Source: Utricularia gibba (lineage: Eukaryota > Plantae > Magnoliophyta). From it: a DNA stretch of 64,000 nt. The position numbers and the translations under genes are program-made. Positions 49,505-61,743 of the stretch are shown piece by piece. The notes under the pieces were generated by a model. That model ran no database searches. It worked only from the letters and a program-made list of their open reading frames with translations, and was not told where the DNA came from. Location of the stretch: the NCBI GenBank assembly GCA_002189035.1, contig NEEC01000008.1, positions 1,054,001 to 1,118,000 of the forward strand, read 5' to 3'. The first letter of the stretch is position 1; every line of letters starts with the position of its first letter.

Positions 49505-52500
49505 ATGGAAGGCTCTTCCGAATCTGGCTGGCAAGAGCCTGATAGCTCAGGAGGGTTGAATTCTTCGTTTCCAAGTCGCAGTCCTGGGTTTTTTGGATTA
49601 AGAACAGTCATATTACCTGACGGTAATGCGTCCCACGATTCTGATCTCGTTTCTCTGTTAAAAGGGAGAGGAGTAACGCACTGGCCTGAACTAAGCAGAG
49701 AGAGAAATGATATTTTTTGCGGGGATGGTGTAGAATCCACTGTACATGCTGTAGAATGTGGTGAGGTAAGTTTGAGGCAATGGTTGGATGATATGGAAAG
49801 GACAGTGGACGCACTTGAATGTGTGCACATATTTTCTCAAATTGTTCATATAGTGAAGTTGGCACACTCCGAGGGAATCATGGTGCGCAATGTGCGGCCT
49901 TCATGCTTCGTCATGTCCTCATTGAATCGTGTTTCATTCATAGATTCTGCCTCTAGTTCAGATACGGGTTCAGATTCTCTAGAATGTGCACCAAACAGTC
50001 CAATTGCTGAGTTTAAAGGAGGTAATTCTTCTCTTCTGCCTCATGTATCACACTCTGATCAGTGTTTAGAAGATGAGCGGGGTTCACTGGATATCTGGCT
50101 TGAAAGGAACCGAAATACCATTTCACAAATCAACTCGGAAATGAGCTGTTTGCAGTCATGTTCAGGTCAAGCTACACATGCTGTAGAAATACCTGAAGAT
50201 GAGCATATGGACGAAAATAAACATTTTTTTCCAATGAAACGAATATTGCAGATAGAATCAAGTTGGTATACCTCTCCCGAGGAGGTTTCTGCTGCGCCTT
50301 CTTGTGCTTCAGATATTTATCAACTTGGTGTTCTACTATTCGAGGTTAATTCTAACCCAGTGATCCCGAAATGCTTATGAATTGGCGTTTCAAGGATTTG
50401 TGCTAATGTAAATGTCTTTGTGATCAGCTGTTTTGCACTTTTAATTCTTGGGATGAGAAAATCGGATTTATGGGAAACTTGAGACATCGACTTCTTCCTC
50501 CGCACATGCTGCTTAGTTGGCCTAAAGAAGCTTCACTCTGCTTGTGGTTGCTGCATCCAGAACCTAGTTGCAGGCCAAACATTGAGTGAGTTCTTATCAG
50601 GTTTCATGTATTTATGTTCAAATTTTTGTGATGAATGTCTAGTAGATAATTCATTATGACGAGCAGGTGTTGAGCTTTTGATAATTTCATCTAACAGTAC
50701 AGTAGCGAATATTTAAAAGCCTTGAATTAAGAATGGCATAACTAAATTCAACCATGATTGTCTGCGTGTTCTGACACGTATTTTTCTACCCAACAGTGAA
50801 ATTTTGCAATGCGAATATCTTAATGAACCAAGAAGTGAGATACAGGAAAGAGAAGCTGCTATTGATGTTCGAGATAAATTAGAGGAGCAGGATGCATTAC
50901 TTGAATTTCTTCTGCAACTTCAGAAGAAAAAACAGGCTGTGGCTGACAGCTTGAAGGAGATTATATCTATAATTTCTTCTGACATAGAAGAGGTTTCACA
51001 ACTTCAGGCAACTCACCGGATCAAATATGGGGAATATTTGGAGTCATCCAACAATTTAGCTACAGGGGGTGATGTGACCGTCACAGAAAATTCTGATTCC
51101 GATGGCTCATTTTCCAGAAAGAGGACCAGGCAAGTAATCAATAACGCCATCACAAAGGTATTCCTCGAAAATGAGGATGTACCTAAAATATTAGAGAGTC
51201 CTGGTAATCAAGTAGGCATTTTGTCCACATGTTCCCGGCTGATGAGTAATTTCCAAAAATTAGAATCAGCCTATTATTTAACAAGACAAAGGGCTGTAAA
51301 GCCTGCATCAAAGCTGTATGCCCAACCTTATCATGCCGCCATTGATGGTAAAGGATTTGCTGTAGCAGCTGACAGAATGTCCGTCCGTAATCAATCACTA
51401 AAGGAGAAGTATAATGACCAGACTGAAGGTGGATGGATGAGTACATTTCTAGAAGGACTGTGCAAATATCTTACCTTCAATAAGGTAAACGTTAAGGCAG
51501 ATTTGAATCAAGGGGATCTTTTGAACTCTTCAAATTTGGTATGCTCCCTTAGTTTTGACCGTGGTGGGGAGTATTTTGCCACCGCAGGTGTAAACAAGAA
51601 GATTAAGATTTTTGAATACAATTCAATCCTGAGTATGGATCGAGATATTCATTATCCCATTGCTGAAATGTCAAGCAAATCTAAGCTCAGTAGCATATGT
51701 TGGAACGGCTACATGAGAAATCAAATTGCTTCCAGTAACTTTGACGGTGTGGTGCAGGTGAGCTAACTTTTGAACACATGTGATCTTTGAGCATGCCTTT
51801 CTGTATCACAAAGAATCTTACATCCTTTATTGAACAGGTATGGGATGTTACTAAAAGTCAAATTTTTACAGAGATGAGAGAACATCAAAAGCGAGTGTGG
51901 TCTGTTGACTTTTCAACAGCAGATCCTATGATGCTGGCTAGCGGGGGTGATGATGGATTTGTCAAGCTCTGGAACATCAATCAGGCAATTTTAATTTTGA
52001 ACTTGGTGGATGTCAGCTTTGAAACTAAACGTACCTAAGCATCTGATCATCAGTTGTGTAGATTGAAGTGTGACTTGTCTGACGATAGTCTTCTTTTACA
52101 TACATGCGTTACTGTTGCAGGGGGTGAGTGCGAGTACCATTCAAACAAGGGCCAATATTTGCTGTGTACAGTTCCATACAGACTCTGGTCATTCGCTTGC
52201 ATTTGGGTCAGCGGATCATAAGATCTATTATTATGATCTTCGAAATTCAAAACAACCTTTATATACTTTGGTTGGCCACAAGAAAACTGTAAGCTATGTC
52301 AAGTTCATTGATTCTACAATGCTGGTATCTGCATCCACGGATAACACATTAAAGCTGTGGGATTTGTCAATGGCGGCATCTGGAAAACTTGATTGCCCTG
52401 TGCAGTCATATACTGGCCATTTGAATGTGAAGGTATTCTTGCTATTCAGGGATATTTAGTGCCTCAATGTGATTTTATTTGTTCCCTGCATCTCCATCCG

Positions 52501-53276
52501 TAATGTGGGTTGATTTCCTCTCGGTTTTTACTTTCCAACCACAGCTGGTTTCTTGGGTGTAATTGATTGTTACATTCAACTTTGACTTTTTTTTTCCAGA
52601 ATTTTGTGGGGTTATCTGTATCTGATGGTTATATCGCAACTGGTTCAGAAACAAATGAGGTACTTGTCACACCCTCTTCATCTTACAGCTCATATGGATT
52701 TTCTTATAAATGTTCCTACAGAATGCATGTCTCTACATAAACCTGCACCTATTCCTGATTATTTTTGCAATTATCTCTCAGAAACAAACTCTATCATGGC
52801 ATTCAGCAACATTTTCAACTAGTAGCTTAGCCACTTAATTTTCCTTTAGGCAAGAGCTGACAGTTACTCCCTCCTCCTATCGTTGTCATCTGTGCACTAC
52901 AGAAAGCTAGGTTATACAGCTCTCTCGTTTACACACTCACTTGTGTGCAACATCTGCCATCTACCTGGAGGACAACAGCGTTCCATGTTTCAAATTGCTC
53001 TTGACATCCCATTATATTCGAATCAGTTTTTTTCTCAGGAAAATGAACGGCCATATTTTTAATGTTTCAGCCCCAACTTCTTCTGTAATGCAGGTTTTTG
53101 TGTACCATAAGGCTTTCCCCATGCCAGTTTTGTCATTCAAATTCGCAGATTCAGTCTCCAGCAATGAAGCGGATAAGTCTGGTGTATTCACCTCATCTGT
53201 TTGTTGGCGTGGGAATTCTTCGACTTTGATAGCAGCAAATTCGGTGGGACACGTCAAACTACTTGAGATAGCTTAG
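49505..53276 (+). CDS. SPA3: SPA1-related 3/4 (kinase-like + coiled coil + WD40)
   Basis: VSLRQWLD, RPSCFVMSSLNRVSFIDS, WYTSPEE, SDIYQLGVLLFE, WLLHPEP, LLEFLLQLQ, DLNQGDLLNSSNLVCSLSFDRGGEYFATAGVNKKIKIFE, EH.KRVWSVDFS, NFVGLSVSDGYIATGSETNE, VCWRG..LIAANS.G..KLLE. SPA3 versus SPA4 orthology is not resolved. Confidence 0.93.
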
Positions 53277-53730
53277 TCTCAATTGTGGCATCCCAAACAA
53301 AATGGTAAATAAAGATTTCTTCTGAGGCTCGCCAACCTTTGGCTTATCTATGGTAGCTAGCAGGATGGCCCCATAGAACACAATTTTTGCTTAGTTTCTA
53401 GTCTACGCGCATCCTAACTGAAAAGAGCCATGTACTCTTGTCTTGACAATGCTGTGTATGTGTATGTGTCTCTATATGCAGTTTAGGTTGAATGGTGGGA
53501 ATTTTTGATTCACCTCTGTATATACAAAGATTTTTCAAGCTACAGGTGTTCCAATTTTGTCTTTTTCCCTGAATTTGCAGTGTTGCCTTTTCCTTTCTTG
53601 AGTTCATGCAGTGCACAGTCTACAGATGCTGTATTGTTAATGGTGATACTGACTCTTGATGGGCACTGACCTCAATTCCCCACTCATTCCTCAAGTTTCG
53701 CCACTTTCGAAATCCACAGAAGCTCCAAAT

Positions 53731-55262
53731 TTACTTGCACTGTTTAGCAGTAAACTCAGGTGAGTGAACTAGTTTTCTCAGAAGTTCCTCGAGTCTTCGA
53801 GCACCGGGACCAGGTACAAGTTTTGTTAGGTTACCAACTCTTGAGCAGGGAAGCTGATCACCAGCACACCATCCACCAGGGGTGATCCAGTTGCCGTTCC
53901 TCCCTAGCAACTCTCTGTCAATTTTGTCCAGGACAGGACTGTGTTTGCGGAATTTGCGCGCGAATGGTGCGCCGCTTTTGATCATTTTCACCGAGTCCTT
54001 GATGGAGAGGAAGTGAGGGTGTTGCTTTGGGGCACATCCCAAGAGATGTAGTGCATGTCGTGATTCACAGCGGTTGGCACGAACTGGGGGATATTGCATA
54101 GTACTGTCTGAAAATAGCCCTCAGGTGAGGAGACAAAGTTTGAGTAGTACATAAGAAGGTTTCTTGGCAGATTATCCCAACTCCATATGCAGTATTCCAC
54201 GAATGCTCTTGACAAAATCATCCAAGCAGAGCCTGCAATCAGTGCACTGAGGATCAAAGAGAATGTAGCAGACAGTTACAGTCTACTGCTATCAGTGCAT
54301 TGACAAGGCAATGAGAATCAAAGAGAATGTAGCAGAAAGTATGACCAGTAAACAGCTTGAATGCCGTTGGCAAATTCCTTCTTGGTTTGACCCAATAAAT
54401 CCTGGACTTGTTTGTCTGGTAGAGTCCGGTGTCGATGATCAACGGCAGCGCCCTACCAGTACTGCAACAGCACCGGTAAACACAGATAGGACTCAGCATG
54501 AACAGAAAATTCTTGGCAATAACCATTAAGTAGATCAGCCTACGCTTTCCATCCAAGGTGACTGGTGTGCTGAATGAAATTTAGTTCTGGTTTCAAACTA
54601 GAGAATGTATGAAGAAGATCTGCAAGGAAGGAGACCATCAGGTGACATGACAGTGAAACAGATCAAGACACTGGAATCTGAAATATGCTTATCCCACCAT
54701 CTTGAGTCACCAAGGGATAATCTGAAGCACTGAGGTTAATGAACCAGTCCCAGTCATCGAACCTCTTTAGAAGAATTGCGCAGGCATGAAGTGTATTAGA
54801 AACCATGGTAGGCCCTGTGTAGGTGACCATGTTTGATTTGTTGTTAGTCAGCACGTTTCCAACCTCTGCAAAAAGAGGGGTTCTTTGGACGCGGGCAACA
54901 AGCTCCAGCCTCTCTGCTGCAGGTGACTCAAGATCCAGATGAAGAAGATAATAGTTCCATGGATGATAAAGGGAGAGAAGGACTCTCCAGAGCTTCTCCA
55001 AGTCACCTTTTGACCCTGAGATAAGGTATGCAAATTTTGGGGTAGAAGGAGGGGTAGGCAGTGGTGGAGCTCCAGCAATCTTCTGCTCAACAAAGCAAGG
55101 CTCGTTTTGATAGATCGTGATACGTGAAGGGAAATCCAAAAACAAGGAATAGATGGAGTGCAGTGAGGAAAGGAGCCGCATGTTGAAGAAGGTTGCTAGG
55201 AAAAAAGTGCACACAAGTGAGGTGATAACCAGAGGGAACACCCATCTCCTCTCCATGTTCAT
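53731..55262 (-). CDS. Beta-glucuronosyltransferase GlcAT14-like (GT14, core-2/I-branching family); 1-nt frameshift at 54029-54032
   Basis: MERRWVFPLV TM anchor, FAYLISGSKGD, LYHPWN.YLLHLDLESP, NTLHACAILL, WDWFINLSASDYPLVTQD, FKLFTGSAWMILSR.FVEYCIW.WDNLPR, SPEGYFQTV.CN, NHDMHYISWD; then in the next frame PKQHPHFLS..APFARKF. Confidence 0.92.
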
Positions 55263-56528
55263 TTTCGTCCCCAGTTGATAAACTTTTTACCATGAACGGT
55301 TGAATGATTTCACAATAATGATCGAAAGAGCCACACCTGAAGTTCCATCTGTGTCTTCTGCCATGAAATGAAAGTGTCATGAAAACAATGGATCAGTAAA
55401 ACTTCCAGGTAACCATTTACCAGAAACAGTGAACAAGGAAGGAAGCAAACCAGAATCCCCACTCTGAACAAATTTAAGATTCAACTTTCTCACCAACGCT
55501 CTATGTGCATACATATCAGAACTGAACCATTTCAAGCGATTCCCAATGGCATTTCAAAGCAAAAACCGAGCCCCACATCAAATTCACCGGATGAATCACA
55601 AAAATAAAATAAAAAAAGAAAGAAAAAGAAAAGGAAACAGAACAAACATCCGAAGCATCAACACTCCCACGACTGACAGGGTGTATGAAACCCCAGATTC
55701 TCTAATACCCACTTACTGCACCCACACCGAAAATGCAGACTCCAAGAAGCAGTCGCACTGAAACGTAATGAAACAACCAAAACCTGCTCAAAGGCGGATA
55801 CTTGGATTACTTGAGCGGAAGGAGACAGACACATGCTACGTTTCAACGGGTTTCCATTTACTTATAGAGCTAAGAATGGAACAGCGGCACGAAAAGGGCA
55901 CGCCCCCATTGAATAAAACAAGAGCAACAGCAAAGATGGTTTGTTGGATTCCGTGCTCAAAGATCGTCAAATCAAAGAGTGCTTTTTTATTCATTTGCTC
56001 TGCAGGCATGACGTAGAAACAAGCCAACAACTCCACCATATGTTTACTCCCTTCTCGCTTTCCACCCCCAGAATGATTCTCCTACACAACTTAAATAAGG
56101 CATAGCATAAGCATAGGTACCCTTTGTTGCTTCACTACATTCTGATAAATGCATGATTAGGGATAACAATTCGTTTTCGAATTTTGACATTAGCAAATGG
56201 TTGCCGGATCCCTTGTTAATTTCCATCTTATATATTGATGTACCATTGTGTAAGTTGAATATTACATGTTGATGATGAAAAGAATTTTCTGAAAAAAAAA
56301 ATTTAAAATATTATATAACAAGTTTATATTAAATAAATATGTATTATATGAATATAATTAAATAAAGAATTAATACTTTTCTGTCCTATCGCTAAAGTCA
56401 AATATAGAAATGAATAAAGAATTAAAATTTACTTCATTAAAAAAATTACATTGGTAAATGTTTTATAAATAATAAATAAATTAGTTTAAATTTTAGAGTG
56501 GAGTTTGATTACCGTGATCCAAATTACA

Positions 56529-56957
56529 ATTAATATAAATAATTTAATTCTTAAATTTTAAAATTGCATCATAAATTTTGTAACTTTTTTTTTGTAAAAA
56601 TTTTGTTTCTGAACTTATGAAATTTATATTTAACTTCTAATATTATCAAAACTAATTGATTTTGATCATAATTTCATTATAATGATGTATCGTTGTAAAT
56701 ATTATCTATAACTTAGTTCTTTCTATTTTGATGGTTTTATTTTTACCAAACTTTAAATATCATGAAACTCAAACACCATATAACTATAACAGAAGTATTA
56801 CTTAATTTATCGAACTTTAGACGTAAATGCGAAAATACATAATATAACATTTTTGTTAAGTTTGAAATCAGAAAACATCTTCATTGTATGGTTTTTACAA
56901 CATGTGATATTTTTTTTACAATTTTAAAATTTAAGGGTTAAATTATACATATTAACT
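56529..56957. mobile_element. Inverted-repeat element, probably a non-autonomous DNA transposon (MITE/MULE-like) relic
   Basis: Left arm ATAATTTAATTCTTAAATTTTAAAATTG (about 56539-56566) is the reverse complement of right arm CAATTTTAAAATTTAAGGGTTAAATTAT (about 56919-56946) with 2 mismatches, with patchy extension either side. No target-site duplication confirmed. Confidence 0.45.
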
Positions 56958-57260
56958 AAAATTTGAAGTATTTTTTTCTTATGATTGAATGAATAATATT
57001 AAAGTAATTTAAATTTTAATATGATTTAATTTATAAATAATCTTTGAAACAAAAAATGAATATTCGATAATTTCAATTATTTTTTAAAAAATGAGTTCCC
57101 AAAAATGGATGCTGTGGTGAATTCTGGAACAAGAGGAGCAGATGATGATGATGATGATTTCCGGCCTGTGCAGTGATCGGGGAATGGGAGATGAAAGGCT
57201 GAAAGTGGAAGGAGGAGAAGAAGGGGAGGGAGATTGACTGGATTTGATATGGCGGCGGTT

Positions 57261-57584
57261 TCAGTGGTTGTTCCGGGCGCATCTGGTGGCTACAGTGCAG
57301 CCGCGAGTATAGGGATTCGCCTTCTCATGGCCGCGACAGTTGTAATAGGATTGGCCGCGGGCGTTGCAGGGGACGCGGTTTTTTTGCAGTGCACCGTAAC
57401 TTATGTAACCGCCGCTTCTGGAGGCGAGCTGCCTGCGTGCGGATTCCGAGTCCATCATCAGCTCCTCGTATAATTCCAAGGAGTCGGCCACCAGCCCATG
57501 GCTGTCTATTGGCTGAGCCATTGAGGCGGCGGCGGCGATTACAAAAAGTATGATGAGAAACATGAGCCCTAGCCGGAAAGCCAT
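57261..57584 (-). CDS. RALF: Rapid alkalinization factor (RALF) precursor, single exon
   Basis: Signal peptide, acidic pro-region, RRQL S1P site, YISYGAL motif and four conserved Cys (VPC..RGQSYYNC..ANPY.RGC....C). Confidence 0.95.
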   Translation of the reverse strand: MAFRLGLMFLIILFVIAAAASMAQPIDSHGLVADSLELYEELMMDSESARRQLASRSGGYISYGALQKNRVPCNARGQSYYNCRGHEKANPYTRGCTVATRCARNNH

Positions 57585-58005
57585 TCAATTTTGGCGAGGA
57601 AATTTGTGATTTCTGTCTGCGGTCGTCGTGCTGTTGGGTCGAGAATAGGATTATTTCTTTGTTTCCAGGGGATTCTGGTTCTGCTTCCCAGTCTGGGTGG
57701 GAAAGGCGAGAAACAAAATGATGATTCCTAGTTTCTTTGTTCTCCATTTTTGAATTACCTGAGTATCAAGAGCCGCTGTAGATGCAGGTGGCTCAGCGTG
57801 TTTTCCGGTGGTTCAAGGGACGGCGGAGCAGCACCAGAGCCCGTGCTTTTCTCCTGGTTTCAGGTTTCTTTTCAACTTACTAATTTCTCCATTGGTTTTA
57901 TTAGTAAACAATTGCCATTGCTTGGTTTAGAAGATCTTTTTTTTTTTTCCTTTTTGCTGTTTATTCACTCACATTTCTGCCGGTGATATAGGAAAACTGA
58001 ACCTA

Positions 58006-59936
58006 CTACACAATGTTTGAGGAGTCCAAGGTGAGTTGTTGTATCCTTGACCATTTTGTGAACTTTGACAGCAGTGTCATCCCTGTCATCTGAACTGAAA
58101 GCCCGCAGATCAATCCTATCCACAGTCCCTGTGTCACAAGCAGAGCTTAAGCTCACAATCTGACCTATATGCTTTCAAGGTGGTGATGACACGAGAGAAA
58201 AGGCATGGGTCTGCTACAATGTCTCTTACCTTAGCATACATTTGAAACTTGAAGCCGAGGATGCATGCGATAGGCATGCCAATGAAGTAGAAAGTTCCCA
58301 GATTGATGTACACCACCATATGCTGCCATCCGCACCCTCTTGCTACACCTGGTGAAGCCGGGATTTGTCACATTCCTTGTGGAGAAATGATTTCATCATG
58401 AATAGAGACCAGAGTTGATGTTCATGGATTGATTGGTTAACCTGCTATTACTCCTTGAACACAATCACAGAAGATTGAGACAGCAAGTAGGGGAGTCATC
58501 GTTGCAAACGCGCCAATGATAACAGGGCTGTTGCTGAAGGATCTAGCCCACAGATCATAACCAAAAGACAGAGTCACAATGATGGTAAGCGTGACGATTA
58601 CTGTTAACTTAAGGATGACCCTCATGGACTGCTTCGCTCCATCCGGGTTTCCAGATCCCAGTGCATTCGAAACTCTGGTGCTGCAATGCAACAATGAATA
58701 TGATCAGGTAAAGGAGCAGGCAGGGTATGATCAGCTCTGGCATCTCCTGTTTTACCTGGCGGTTGCGCTTAGTCCAATAGCGAACATGTATGCGACGAAC
58801 TCTGCATTCACACTTGTTAAAAGTGACGCAGTTAGAATCAGAACACAACTCAGAATTGTGTCTCGTGCTGCTGAGAGTCTGAGACTTACCACATGGCAAT
58901 GAGGGAAGTCGTTGTTTCAGGGTCTGGCATGAGTCCCGCCAATATAACAAGACCCTCAAAGGCCCAATACTCCAAGCTGATGAGCAGAGATAAGTCTTGT
59001 GCTCTTTTTCTGAAACAGCTGATCGGTTGCTAAGTAAGCTGAGAGTTTACTTACCATACCATAGCAGCAGAGGGTAAAGCTAGCTTCAAGTTTCCAGTAA
59101 CATGTCTGAGGGATTCGGAGGAGATTCCTTCCCAAGTCCGTTCTGTCCTATCAGTGTGGACGACATATGTTCCTAGCAGCAGAACTGAGATCCACAATGT
59201 AATAGACACTGCCAATGGAGCTCCACAGTATCCCAATGCAGTAAGATCAACCAAGACATACGCAAGCCCAGTGTGCAGCACCAGAGATACCAAGGAGCAT
59301 ATCAAGAGTGGAAGGACAACAGACTGCGCCTGAAGAAACCTCAAGATATTCTGCAAGAGCCCATAGGCGAACAGCCCTGGAATGAGATACTTGAGATACA
59401 GACCAGCCTGGTTTGCTATTTGAGGATCTTGATGCAGGCAGACTAAGATGCTATCAGAAAACCACCAGACAAGGGACAGAATGACAGCGAAGAGGATACT
59501 TATGATGCAGGAAGCTTGAAGATATACTCCTAGCATCCTGTACATTTTTGCCCCGAATCCTTGTCCGCACAGCGTCTCGAGTGCTCCACTCAAGCCAATC
59601 TGTTGCAAGGGGAGACACACAGTCAATAAGAAGTGCGTTTTGAGTGTTGGACAAGGATATCAGCATTAATGAAATGATGAGTTTTACCATGAAGGTGAAC
59701 CCAGAAACAGAAGCCCATGAATTGGCAAGATTTGAGCCGGCGAGCTCGAGTTCTCCAAGGTGGCCGGCGAACATGACGGACACGAGAGGGATGAAATAGT
59801 AAGTCACGTTGGTTATGATCATGGGCAGCGCCAAGAGTATCTGCAGTTTAGCTTCCTCCACATCAATTACTCTGCTCAGCCACGCCTTCTCTGCCGGCGC
59901 CGCCTCTAGCAATGGCTGGCTGTCCAGCGATCCCAT
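58006..59936 (-). CDS. MATE efflux protein (DETOXIFICATION 18/19-like)
   Basis: [117 protein letters not shown]; stop at 58006-58008. Confidence 0.93.
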
Positions 59937-60109
59937 CGCCCCCTCGCCGGAAGAACTCGTGGTAGAATGAATTTGATGATATAATATGAGGATTTTAAAA
60001 TGTGTGGCTCTGATGAAGTTGCTTCCTTGATGCAAGGAGAAAAATCAGAATAGTTACACATCTATCATTCACTTGGAAGCAAACAAAAAAAGATGGCGTA
60101 ATGGGGTTG

Positions 60110-61743
60110 TCAAAAGTGACGATTCTCGTTGCTCTGAACTCCACGGCTGATGACGGCGCTGAGGCGGAGCGACGGCGAGCTTGAGGAAGTGGGGGCGCGT
60201 GCAGGCAAGGTGTAACTCCTCTTGAAGTTGCTACCAATCTGGGGGTGGATGCCGCTGCCCAAGTCCGGTGTCTCATTTGGATGATGGTGGCCATTGTGCT
60301 TGGGCTGGCTGGCGATGCCTTCCCGATTCAACAGAAGCTTTGTCTCGCCGGCGATAACATCGGAAAAGGACAATCCTCTGGGCCACTTAATCACGATGTC
60401 CTGCTCTCCTATCAAAGAATCATCAGATGATGAACTGGGAAGGATATGCATCTGGAGCTCTTCTGTGGATGGAGGCATCTGAGCTGTAGATGGACTCCGC
60501 CCCTGCTGGAATGTCGGCGCCATTGCCGTTGATGGAGAGGGCGCATTTTGTGCGGTGGAGAAGAGTTGGGAAAAGTAGAAACCAGACTGGTAGCCCAGAG
60601 ACTCAAACATTTGTCTCATTCTCAGCACAAAATGGAGATCTTCTGCTATCTGAACAACCCAAAAAACTGTAACTCCCATGAAACATGTTTGATTTCATCC
60701 AGAAGATGCAAGAAACTCACAACTTTGCAAGAACCGAGTTGCAAAAGTCCATGACCAGCTTGAATAACAGCTATAGTCTGACAAAAAGAACATTGAACAG
60801 CTTAAAAAGTATGGCTAAGAAAAACAAGAAATTCATCTCCCATGCTGACCTGAATACCAGAATCAAACTGCTCAGACCAATCTGTAGGTAACTGCAATCA
60901 GTTTTACAGTTTACTTAGGATTCACAATTGGGAAAAAAAAAAACTCTGAATCGCCACTGAAGAAGAGAAGAACATACAACATCAAATGAACTCTGCCAGT
61001 AGTTGGAAATGTTTGGTTGCTCACATTGGGTTGGCTGCTTGACGACCCATTTATGACATTTATCAGAAGCCACTTTCCCCATCAACCTACAACAACTTTG
61101 ATGCTTCAAATCAACCATGACACAACACAAAACACACGAAATCACAAGCTGAAACTCCCCAGAAGATGCGATCTTGGCAACAATTTTTTGTTGAAATATA
61201 CGATCTAAACCCCATTCTCTCACAAAAACACCTACCCAGCACCCACCCTTCTCCATAATTATAGAGCTGAATGGACATTCTGCTGAAGGCTTTCCTGATA
61301 GGATCCTCTTCATCCATCTCATTGAAACATTCTCTCCTTTTACCTCTGCAGAACCCATCTTCCCACATCAGCATCCTGGAAAGAAAAATAGTCACAAACT
61401 GTAGCCGCCCCCACCAAAGGAAAGACAAGACAACTAATCGATTTATTTCTTACAAGCTGCCATTGTCATCTCCGAGTCTTTGACAGCCATAGCCGCCTCT
61501 GACTCTCCTGCAAACCCCAGTTGGGACATCAAAAATACACAAAAGCCATGTGAGATTTGAGTTGATATTTAAAAGTAAAAACAGAGAAAAATGAAGGACA
61601 AACGGGCGTCGGCGAATAGTCCACAAAACAGAGTAAGTCCAGTCTGAACTGAGACAGAGGCTTCTTAGAGCGTCATGCAAGGCCATCATCTTAACTGCAT
61701 CTATGCTCCTGTCTCCTCCTGCAGCTGCTTCTGAGCCCACCAT
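60110..61743 (-). CDS. bHLH-MYC N-terminal-domain protein (RICE SALT SENSITIVE 3-like)
   Basis: LHDALRSLCLSSDWTYSVLWTIR, LMWEDGFC, RKAFSRMSIQLYNYGEG / LMGKVASDKCHKWV, WQSSFD / LP..W..QFDSGIQ / TIAVIQAGHGLLQLGSCK / EDLHFVLRMRQMFESLGYQSG, RSYTLPAR. No bHLH domain seen. Confidence 0.85.

Noticed and set aside
28668-53276. CIP7 and SPA3 (both COP1 partners) within 25 kb as a functional cluster
   Set aside because: They are separated by unrelated genes and explained by ancestral synteny; no evidence of co-regulation.
60110-60175. Possible frame erosion at the RSS3-like C-terminus (HQP.VEFR split over frames)
   Set aside because: It needs two indels and relies on my recollection of homologue tails; not supportable without an alignment.
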